64,000 bases of DNA from positions 2,976,001-3,040,000 of the forward strand of contig JBHGNT010000011.1 of assembly GCA_043228905.1 (NCBI GenBank), in the 5' to 3' direction. Made by a program: the position numbers and the translations under genes. Positions 24,383 through 34,900 of the stretch are shown here, one piece after another. Position 1 is the stretch's first letter. Each line of letters opens with the position of its first letter. This DNA comes from Azolla caroliniana. Its lineage: Eukaryota; Plantae; Polypodiophyta. The notes under the pieces are model-generated. The model did not search any database, was not told where the DNA came from, and worked only from the letters and a program-made list of their open reading frames with translations.

Positions 24383-24767
24383 GCCGGTTCCATTTTGCTT
24401 GCCGGTCATTTCCAGTTCCGATTTTGCTTGCCAGCCGGTTCCGGTTCCGGTTTTGCTTGCCAGACGGTTCCGGTTTTGCTTACCGGCCGGTTCCGGTTTT
24501 GCTTACCGGCCGGTTTCCGGTTTTGCTTGCCGGCCGGTTCCGGTTCTGGTTTTGCTTGCTGGCCGGTTCCAATTTTGCTTACCAGCCGGTTTCCGGTTTT
24601 GCTTGCCAGCCGGTTTCCGGCTTGCATACCCATTCCGGTTCCGGTTTGCTTGCCAGCCGGTTCCGGTTTTGCATACCAGCCGGTTTCCGGATTGCATACC
24701 GGCCGGTTTCCGAATTTGCTTATCGGCCCCGTTTTGCGGATTTGCTTACCGGCCGGTTTCCGGTTTT
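24383..24767. repeat. CCGGTT/TTGCTT satellite inside the element C LTR (second copy about 27660-28105)
   Basis: Dense CCGGTT(T)CCGGTTTTGCTT(A/G) units; array length differs between the two LTRs. Confidence 0.9.
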
Positions 24768-25412
24768 AGGGAATTTGGCCACCATCATCCATCAAGACAA
24801 AGTGGCCAAAGTGCTCTTAGCACAAATGAAAAATGAGGGAGCTCAAGGTGTTTATATAGCCAAGGCCTCAACTTTCCTATCTGTGTGGGATAGTTCTAAT
24901 TTCCCTATCTTCTCAAACTTTATTTTCTCATAACTTGATATGTATTTCTCCATTTTGTATATAGTAAAAAACGTTTTGAAGCTCTTGAGTATATCCATCT
25001 TTCTATAATACTCTACTAATCTAATGTATAATAATTATTTCATTATTTTTTTACATAGTGTGTGAAGATTCACACGACATTCACCCCCACCAAACCTACA
25101 CATCCACCGGTATGTGTCAATTGTGTTATTGAGTTGTATCCTCCTAGTTGAAATCTTTAATCCTTGTCGTAATATTTTCTTTCCTTCATAAGCTAACTAT
25201 CTATGATAGAGATTGACCTTGAACCAACTCGTTGGTTCCTTATCTTTCTTCTTCCAATGCCACCATGACCATTCTTTCCACCATAACCATGGAGACCATC
25301 CAAACCACCAAATCCTTTGTCTGAGCTTTGCATTGCCATATTTGGTTTTCATGTCCTCTTTTGCCTTCCTGAAGCATAACCCTTCATGCATCATGCAAGT
25401 GCTACCTTTATT

Positions 25413-26624
25413 TCAACCATCGCCATGGTTAACACAATTTAGTCTTCCTTCTTTCATCAATCTAGGTTTGTCTTCATTAGACCTCACTTGAACATTGACT
25501 TTGACTACTCCTTGTAGCCCATGCTTCAAGTCCACGCTCACTTTCAAAATCTGGGATGACCACATTTCATGTTTCCCACATCCACCTTTTTCATGGTATG
25601 CTCTCGTGTGACAGTTGACCATTGTTTGTTTGATCTTTACACTAGAATCCCCTTTTGAGTCAGAGCATGGGATCATATCTCGCGGAATACCCTTAGACTT
25701 CACTTGGCTCGCTTGGCCATTGTCATGCACCATTGTGCTTTGTTTGACCTCTTCATCGTATATATCAACATTGACCTTCACTTCCTCATTACCACCTTCC
25801 ATCTCTTGGGTCTTTATTTGGTTCGGGTATGTCTCTTCGGTGATGGCCCTTTCTCCACTGACCGATATGTTCCCGTCTACCATTGCCCAAATATCTTGAA
25901 ATAGTGGGGAAGAAGTCTCGGCACACTTGCCATCCTCCTTCATTGTGTTGTCCATAGCCACCTCCATCTCTAATTCGTTATTTGTGGCCATCTCTTCAAA
26001 TTCATCGGCCTCGTACCCATTGACCTTCTCAATCGAGCAATCCTCGATTATTCTTCCCTCTTCTTTGCATGTGTTAGTTTTGGCCTTCACTTCTTCGCTC
26101 ATCATTTGCTTCAGTTTTTGCTCCTTTTGAAGCTTCTCTTCAGCCTCAACTTGCGCCTTTAAGTTCTCGAATGCCTCTTCCATCAAGACTTCTATGTCGA
26201 GTATTATTGAACCTTCCCTCTTCGAGTTTTCTTCTTTAGGTGGTAGTTTGTAGTTGCTTCCCGTCCTCTTTTCACCATCCCTAGTACGTTGTGTTGTCAC
26301 CGATGAGAATCTTGCCTTCCTCTCATCGTGAAGTCGACATACTCTTTCCACTTTCGTCCAATCTTCTGTGAGGCCATTTGCACCATCGTCATCTTCAAGT
26401 CAGATTCCAATGGCATTCCTTTCCTTCCGGTCTATCGATTTCACAAACATTAGCACTTTTTCCACCCCCACCAATATTTGATCCCGCTCCGAGAGTTGTG
26501 CAAAGCGACACTCGAACTCAACGAAAGCATGCATGGCACTTTGGTGGGTCTTTAATGATGATACCCATTGATCGAACTTGTATAGTTTGCATCTCTTCGG
26601 CTCTTTGTATCTATATGCCTCCAT
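25413..26624 (-). pseudogene. Element C gag-like ORF with a Glu/Lys-rich tail (one internal stop at 26400)
   Basis: EFECRFAQLSERDQILV..KVLMFVKSIDRKER..GLTEDWTKVERVC aligns to EFEERFARLSALDRTIL..RVLLFVKSVDERDR..GLTTDWAAVKRVC of the autonomous gag. Confidence 0.8.
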
Positions 26625-29600
26625 GAGATATCCTCCTACCGCCTCGTTTCACGTCGGGTTCACCAAAGATGTCGCGAAAATACGACGAGGATACGTGAAC
26701 ATTGAGGCAAGACCCCGGGGCCTTTGTCTAGAGGATATCAAATTCGTGTATTTATATACTAAGAATTACCCGAAATGAGAAAGATTAACAAATTTCATTA
26801 ATAAAAGGGAAAGAAAGATTACAATCAATCCCAAGATTGGGATTACAAAAGTTTATCTTATGGAGATGATTAGAGTAATAGATTAGAGGAAATAAGAGAT
26901 TATGATTCTTGAGTGATATGGCTTTGACAAGGAATTTTGGATTTTGAGAGATTGCTTCCGTATGGAAATTATGGTTTACTTGAGAGATCGCTTCCGTAGG
27001 GAAGATTAGGGTGTTCGTTTCACATCGGGTTCACCAAAGATGTCGTGAAAATTCGACGAGGATACGTGAACGTTGAGGCAAGACCCCGGGGCCTTTGTCT
27101 AGACGATATCAAATTCGTGTATTTATATACTAAGAATTAACCGAAATGAGAAAGATTAACAAATTTCATTAATAAAAGGGAAAAAAAGATTACAATCAAT
27201 CCCAAGATTGGGATTACAAAAGTTTATCTTATGGAGATGATTAGAATAATAGATTAGAGGAAATAAGAGATTATGATTCTTGAGTGATATGGCTTTGACA
27301 AGGAATTTTGGATTTTGAGAGATTGCTTCTGTATAGAAATTATGGTTTACTTGAGAGATCGCTTCCGTAGGGAAGATTAGGGTTATTGGCTTCGATAAGA
27401 TAAGAGAGCTCCCCAAAGAAAAGGAAAAAAAATAATTTAGATAATATGGAGAGTATGACAGTATAGGAAAAAAAATGGAATTATATATGGAGTTCCTCGT
27501 TGATCATATGCCTCCCATTTTAGTTGCATAGCTTTTCTTTTCGTTGAATCTATTTTTAGTTGCATGGCTTTTTCTTTAGTTGCATGCGACCATCCACTTG
27601 ACCTTTACTTTAGTTTGTTGCATGATCCAATCTTTCGTCTGTCCGCGTCCAACCTCGTCCGGTAGCCGGTTCCATATTGCTTGCCGGTCGTTTCCGATTC
27701 CGATTTTGCTTGCCGGCCGGTTCCGGTTTTCTTGCCAGTTCCGGTTCCGGTTTTGCTTGCCGGCCGGTTCCGGTTTGCTTGCCGGTTCCGGTTTTGCTTG
27801 CCGGCCGGTTCCGGTTTTGCTTACCGGCCGGTTTCCGGTTTTGCTTGCCGGCCGGTTCTGGTTTGCTTGCCGGTTCCGGTTTCGGTTTTGCTTGCCGACC
27901 GGTTCCGGTTTTGCTTACCGGCCAGTTTCCGATTTTGCTTACCAGCCGGTTTCCGGTTTGCATACCCGTTCCGGTTTCGGTTTGTTTGCCGGCCGGTTCC
28001 GGTTTTGCATACCAGCCCCGTTTTCCGGATTTGCTTACCAGCCGGTTTCCGGATTGCATACCGGCCCCGTTTTGCGGATTTGCTTACCAGCCGGTTTCCG
28101 ATTTTAGGGAATTTGGCCACCATCATCCATCAAGACAAAGTGGCCAAAGTGCTCTTAGCACAAATGAAAAATGAGCGAGCTCAAGGTGTTTATATAGCCA
28201 GGGCCTTAACTTTCCTATCTGTGTGGGATAGTTCTAATTTCCCTATCTTCTCAAACTTTATTTTCTCATAACTTGATATGTATTTCTCCATTTTGTATAT
28301 AGTAAAAAACGTTTTGAAGCTCTTGAGTATATCCATCTTTCTATAATACTCTACTAATCTAATCTATAATAATTATTTCATTATTTTTTTACATAGTGTG
28401 TGAAGATTCACACGACATGCTTCCATGAGACCGGTCTTCTCCTCAACCGGATCGTCCCATCCAGTGACCTCCCAAACCCGCTGCTTTGCGCGACTCGCTT
28501 CCTCCTTCTTCAGTCGTGCGCCAGAGAGGCCTCCTAGCACCGAGGGCCAGAAGCCAAAATCCTTCGCTTTCCGGTCTTCGTCACCTCCCACCCGGATTCC
28601 GGCCGATGCCGAATAAAGGACCGCCTCCACATGGCGCGCCTCCGCTTCTTCCATTAGCTGCTTCATCCCACCACGCCCGAAATTTTTCTACACGGCTCTC
28701 CGAGTATCACCAGCATGCACCCGTCCGTTCCATAGGTACACCACATTACCCTCGAGGGCTTCGGGAAACTCCACGCAGTGTCGCCGGTTGTGCCCGACTG
28801 CGTCGCACCACATACACCGTTGTCCAGCCGGTGGCCTTCGGTTGCATGGCTGCCCTCCACTGTCTCTCTGGGCCTGCGCGATTTGCAGGTCACGCACCAT
28901 TTGTGTCAGCTCCTCATGAGCCACTCCCCCGGATGGGCCCTTGACCGCTCCGGTCGACGCTGGGGGCCAGTTTCAATCCAATCTTGGGTTTCCTCCCTTC
29001 GTGCTTGCGAAGGTTCATCGAACTTCCTTGCCGGGGTGGGTCCCATCACTGACAACTTCTCGTCGCCCCACTCTCGCCGTTTGTCGAAGTGGCTGCAGAC
29101 CCCTTTGACCTCGGCCCAATCGGTCGTCAGCCCATCATCTATCTCCAGCAAGAGACCCACCTGGACCCTATCCCGCATGTCCACTGATTTGACAAACAAT
29201 AGGACACGACTCATGTCTAGCACGGTCCTGTCTAGCGTTGAGAGCCGTGTGAAGCGTTCTTCAAACTCCGGTAGGAGCGTCGACGTATTCCTCCCCTTCC
29301 CAGGGTTTCCACCCACTCCATGAAGTTCCCCTTCGATAACCGAAGCGCATCATCAAGCCCGTACCTCTCGAGAAGCCGTGCTTCGAATTCGCCCCAGGTC
29401 TGGCATCCAGCCTATACCTCGAGCACCTCTGCATGGATGCCCGGTGTCGCCACCCGAGGGAACCCAGCCAGAAGCCTATCCTCCGGAAATGTCTCTCATC
29501 ACTATCTCGGCCCGGTAGGCCACCAAATAGCTTGTGGCATCTTTCCCACCGAATCGACCTATCATGCCAACAATTACTTCAATGGCCCTGTCGAGGGCGC

Positions 29601-30298
29601 TTGTGCCCTCGCGAGCACTTACTATCCGATCAACTGCTGCCGCCATGGCTTCGGCAAGTTCCGATCCCCTCATCTTCAACTCCTCTGCCGCCTGGTTTCA
29701 CGTCGAGTTCACCAAATATGTCACGTTATTACATGTGCGTGTGTGAAAAAAGGCAGGACCGCGGGGGCCCTGAACTGAGGAGCAAGAGAGACAAGAGGAA
29801 GTGAGGAGCGCGATAGTGTGAGGGCTGCTAGACCTATCAGCAACTGGCGACACTTACCAGATGATTGGACCACCAACGCGTATACCGACTCAATCAAAGA
29901 GCACACTCGAGAGAGATGAAAGATGAGACTCCCTAAACACAAATAACACGGGTTGGCGGAAACAAGAGAATGATGACAGAGGAAGAGAGAGCTCGGTTCC
30001 CAATCCGACAACACGTCCACCTTCTCTTCCCAAAACATAATACCCTTCTCCTATTCCCCTTGCCTTTTATAGGTCGTTGAGGAGGCCATTACATCAAAAC
30101 ACGTCGACATTATTCTCTGTCCCTTCGGACAGTGATACGCATCGATTTCCTAATAAATTGTCACACCTAGTATATTTACATCAGCCGTCCTATTCCTAGT
30201 TATGTACAATGTATCAATTTGCACACACCCGTGCAAGGGTGGGTTCACTCCATTAATTTCTTGATTCCTCTTCGGGCCGGTTTTCTTCACGACAACGT

Positions 30299-30745
30299 CC
30301 TACATCATCTCCTTCCATAGGGCAAAGTTTTTGCCGTCGAATTTTGGATCTCAACTCCTATACCAGATGTTGATGCCATGATTCTTTCGGAAGTGAGATT
30401 TACTAACCTGGTCTTTTCTTTCAGCCTTTTCTGTTGTCTATTGTCGAGTAGCAGATCAACTCCGATACCAGTTGAAGCGTAAGTGTATGCAAAAACGTAT
30501 GAGGATCTATCTTAGTTCTTCCTTAGAAGACAACGTAGAAAGAGAGGCAAAGATATACATAGTTTTTAGTTTTAATGGAAGCTATATTATGTTCTCTATC
30601 TCTCTCTCTCTCTCCGAGATTTGATATACCATATATGATCTAGTAGTTTTTCTCTCGCACTTTACAATGTTAGGTTATCGCTTAACTACAAAGCCCTAAC
30701 TATATATACAAGTTCACACTAGGATACAAAGTGGAAGGAGTCATA
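30299..30745 (-). mobile_element. 5' end of the old copia (gag start, Met-type PBS at about 30461-30470, partial 5' LTR)
   Basis: PKFDGKNFALWKE; minus-strand TGGTATCGGA; AT-rich LTR-like sequence with (CT)n. Confidence 0.7.
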
Positions 30746-30748
30746 CTT

Positions 30749-31087
30749 TTATGCCAACAGTTGAAGCTTTCTTGCGGTTCTGTTGGCCACGAAAATCTCT
30801 TGTAGATTCTCCCACGCTTCCTTTGACGTCACGACTTCTCGAATATAGCCGAACATGTGGTCATGAACACATGTTGCCAAGCAATACATCACTCGGCTTG
30901 CCGCTTGCTCCCATGTTGAGTAGTCGACGTCTTTCGGGTCGGGTCGATTTTCTTGTGCTCCTTTGATGTAACTCCAATATCCTTGACCGACAAGGTATTG
31001 GTGCATCTTGTACTCCCAAGATGCAAAGTTGTTTTGATCCAACTTCTTGCTAGGGAGAGCGCTCCCCATTTGAGTATTTATTGTCAA
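30749..31087 (-). pseudogene. Separate Ty1/copia gag N-terminal fragment
   Basis: KKLDQNNFASWEYKMHQYLVGQGYWSYI..SKEAWENLQEIF. Confidence 0.8.
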
Positions 31088-31951
31088 TGAAGCTTTCTTT
31101 CTTCTTTTCCTTCTCTCTCGAACACGAGTTATTTAGTTGCACTACGATAGCGATGAGTCAGTTGGGATGTTGCACCCGAAACTCAAGGATTTCTCCTTGA
31201 AGCTCCATGCTAGAATTTATCTTTTTTTATTGTTCTTTTCTTCATCATCATCTTCTCCACTACACACTTGTTATCTTCGGGTTTTATTTTCTTTTTCTTG
31301 TTTATGACTTCTTTCTGAAAAAATACCATTGTTGTAATCTTTTACTCCAAAAACTTGTAATCCCTCTTTTATAAAGGGATTTTGTTTCTTAATCTAGTGT
31401 TTTTTATTATGAAATCTCCATATTTTCTGAACTAATTAGCACCATGCAACAAATTTATTGCAAAAGCATGCATTTTCTATCGATTAAGTTAATGTCCACG
31501 AGTGGAAACCTTGAAAGGCCAGCATCAATCCTTTTTATGTTATTGCAACATATAAATAGTTTGGTCTGTTTTCCATAGGCTAGAAATATAAATACATTAT
31601 GTAAACTCGTCGGTAGGTAGAATAGTAGGTGAGGAAATAGGTAGAACTAGAAATAGTCGAGTTTTTAGCCCTCACAATTAGCCGATGGCTTGGCTTTGTC
31701 TAAAGAGGAAAACTATATAAACCAAGATCTGCATACCTCAATGGGGGAATTATCTAGAACATTTTAGCAAGATTAATACCGTAGCATTGAGCTCTGAACA
31801 AACTGTTTCCCGTCGAGAGATGTGTACTGTAATCATTGTGAGCTTTATCATTTAATATAAGTTCCGCTCTTACTATTCTTTAATCTGTGTATTCTCCCCG
31901 TACTCGTAAACCGAGCTACGTTTATGCCTAACGGGTTGTAGCCCGTGTACG

Positions 31952-34900
31952 TGTTGGGAACAAGGCCGTGTCGATGTGTAGGATCAAACACCATTCGATT
32001 AGGGTTGAATACCTGCGTATGACAGTTTCTGAGGTCGTGCACAGAGATGGAGAGAAAGAGAGAGAGAGAGAGAGACAGAGGCACAAAAGACTCTTTATTC
32101 ATAAGAAAATAATACAACACCCCAACCCTACAAAGAGGTTACTAGGTCACTTTATATAGTGACCGACTTAGGGCAACTACCCTTTACGCTAATTACACAA
32201 ATGGCCCAAACTAGAGCTATACAAGGGATAGTGTGAATACGTCCATTATACACTTGTATTCGACACTCCCCCGTAATGGGCGTATACATGGGTTATCTAA
32301 GATTACAGGTATGAACCTAGGTTCTCGGACATATCAGTTTTGTTCGAGTCGGCAGGGTCCGAAGGCAGAAGACCGGACTGGTCGGGTCGGAAGAGTTGAA
32401 GCCGATCATTAAGGAACTGATGTCGGTTGTCGGAAACCATCCTGCGCTGTGTCCGGCTCTAACCGGACTGGTTTGTCGTTACGCCCATCTGATGCCGAAG
32501 GGACCGAAAGCGGTCTGCCGAAAGACACTTGGTCATTCCATCTGCGACATTGTCGGTTGTGGATATTTTCTCTAGACCGATTTTCCCTGAAATGACGCAG
32601 TCCCGAACGAAGTGATATCGAACGTCGATATGTTTGGAGGCGTTGTGGTGAACCGGATTTCTCGACAAGGCAATAGCACCTTGACTGTCGCTGTAGACAA
32701 CTGGAGCCGAGTCATGGTCGACTTGCCGAAACGTGTGCGCCAGCCGGCCGAGCCACAAAGCTTCTTTTGCAGCGTCGGACGCAGCTACATATTCTGCTTT
32801 AGTCGTTGAGGTCGCTGTGCACTCTTGAAGTTTCGACTTCCACGAAATTGCTCCATTGCCGAATTTGAAGCAGTATCCGGTTGTTGATTTCCGACTGTCT
32901 ATACAGCCGGCGAAGTCCGAGTCGGTGTAACCGACTACGCCTGAGGTTGAGTTCGGACCGAAAAGAATGTCGTGATCTTTTGTACCAGCCAGATATTTGA
33001 ACACATGCTTGACTGCGTTCCAATGCGATCGGCCAGGATTGTGCATAAATCTGCTAACGACTCCTACGGCATGAGAAATATCAGGCCGTGTCGCGACCAT
33101 CAGGTACATGAGGGAGCCGACTGCCGGTGCATATGGTACCGACTTCATATCTTCCCCCTCCGAACCGGATGTCGGGCAGTCTCGCTGAGAGAGCCGAAGA
33201 TTCATGGGGAGCGGGGTTGAAGCAGATTTGGCTGATTTCATGTTGAAGCGTTCCAAGACACGTCCGATATAGTCGGTTTGAGACAAAAAAAGATGTCGTT
33301 TATCGCGATGCCGACTAATCTTCATGCCAAGTATGTGTCGTGCCGGACCGAGGTCCTTCATGGCAAACTTCAACCGCAGTTGCCGAATGAGATCGGCAAG
33401 TTCGCCCGCGTGGCGTCCAGAGATTAGCATGTCGCCCACGTAAATGATGAGGAAGATGGGTGACCCATCTTGAGCTGTGTTGGTAAAAAGACAATGGTCC
33501 TCATCACTTTTTGAGAAGCCGATCGATTGGATGAAGTCATCGAACTTCTTGTACCATTGTCGCGGTGCCTGTTTGAGGCCGTATAGACTCTTCCTGAGTC
33601 GGCAGACTAGATGTTCTTGGCCAGTGGCCACGAAGCCTTTTGGCTGCTCCATATAAATTTCCTCTTCAAGATCACCATGGAGGAAGGCTGTTTTGACATC
33701 TAGCTGAATCAGCTCCAGGTTGTCGGCTGCCACTACGCCGAGTAGAAAACGAAGGGTTGTCATTTTCACCACTGGTGAAAAAATCTCGTCGAAGTCGACG
33801 CCATATTCTTGTCGGAAGCCCTTCGCAACTAATCTGGCCTTGTACTTTGGGGTGGTCGAATCAGACGTCTCTTTTAGTCGATAAACCCACTTGCAAGGAA
33901 GAGCACGTCGATTCTTAGGTAGTTCGACCAGATCCCAAGTCTTGTTTGCCCGAATGGAGTGCATTTCCGACTCCATCGCCAGATGCCAGGTGGCTGAATC
34001 GACAGATGTCGATGCTTCTTCGTAAGACGTCGGTTCGCCGACGTCGGTGAAGAAAATTCCAGGAGAATACCTCTCCGGTGGTTGCGACAGTCTCTCGGAT
34101 CGTCGAGGTATGATTGGACTGGTCGCATCGGGTATCGAGGTCGGATGGTCCGAAAGCGAATTATTCTGCTGTGCCGAGTCGGAGTTATCCGAGTCGGTAG
34201 TGGAAGGTTCAGCTACCCGTGAAGCTGACCGTGTGTTAAGAGCGGGGCCTTCTTGAAGGGTCGGCACATCGGAAAATGTTACCCTTCGGACTTCGATCGG
34301 TTTTTCAACTGATGGATTCATAGCCGACTCGTTGAACACAACGTCTGAACTTCGAACGATTTGTCTGCGTTCGGGGTCCCAGAGTCGGTATCCCATTTCG
34401 CCATCTGATCCATATCCCAGGAAAATGCATTTCCTGGACCGAGGTGCAAGTTTTCGGCGATCATCTTTCGGAATAAGGGCGTATGCCTCGCATCCGAAGA
34501 TCCTCAGCTTGTCGTAATTCGGCTTACTGCCGATCCATAGTTCCTGAGGAATTTGAAGTCCTAGAGGTCTGCTTGGCGACATATTGATTATGTGTACTGC
34601 CGTGAGTAGAGCCTCTGCCCAGAAGCCATCCGACAGTCCGGAGTGTTGGAGCATGGAAACTATCCGTTCTTGGATTGTCCGATTCATTCGTTCTGCAATC
34701 CCGTTTTGCTCCGGACTGTGTGGTGCCGTAAATTCACGTCGGATGCCGCGTTGTCGGCAGAATTTGACGAATTCTTCTGATTTGAACTCTCCCCCATTGT
34801 CGGTCCGAAAGCATTTCAGTTTTCGGTCGGTTTGATTTTCTACCATAGCGAGCCAATCGGAGAAGATCGAGAAGACACGATCTTTGGTGCGAATTGGATA

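Larger units (their letters stand above)
23759..28417 (-). mobile_element. Non-autonomous gag-only LTR element C (TR-GAG-like); LTRs 23759-25079 and 27041-28417
   Basis: Near-identical ~1.3-kb LTRs with TGTCG...CGACA termini, tRNA-Trp PBS, PPT GGTGGGGGTGAA, only ~1.6 kb internal sequence, no pol; inserted in element A gag. Confidence 0.9.
7041..30294 (-). mobile_element. Ty3/gypsy element A (tRNA-Trp PBS lineage); LTRs 7041-7665 and 29719-30294; contains nested insertions
   Basis: Matching LTRs with TGTC...CGACA termini; 4-bp TSD ACGT (7037-7040 / 30295-30298); PBS TGGTGAACTCGACGTGAA; PPT next to 7666; gag from about 29673, pro/RT 21394-23754, integrase tail 7740-8058. Confidence 0.92.

Noticed and set aside
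24298-28271. RFRFCLPAG-type ORFs
   Set aside because: Artefacts of the CCGGTT satellite in the element C LTRs.
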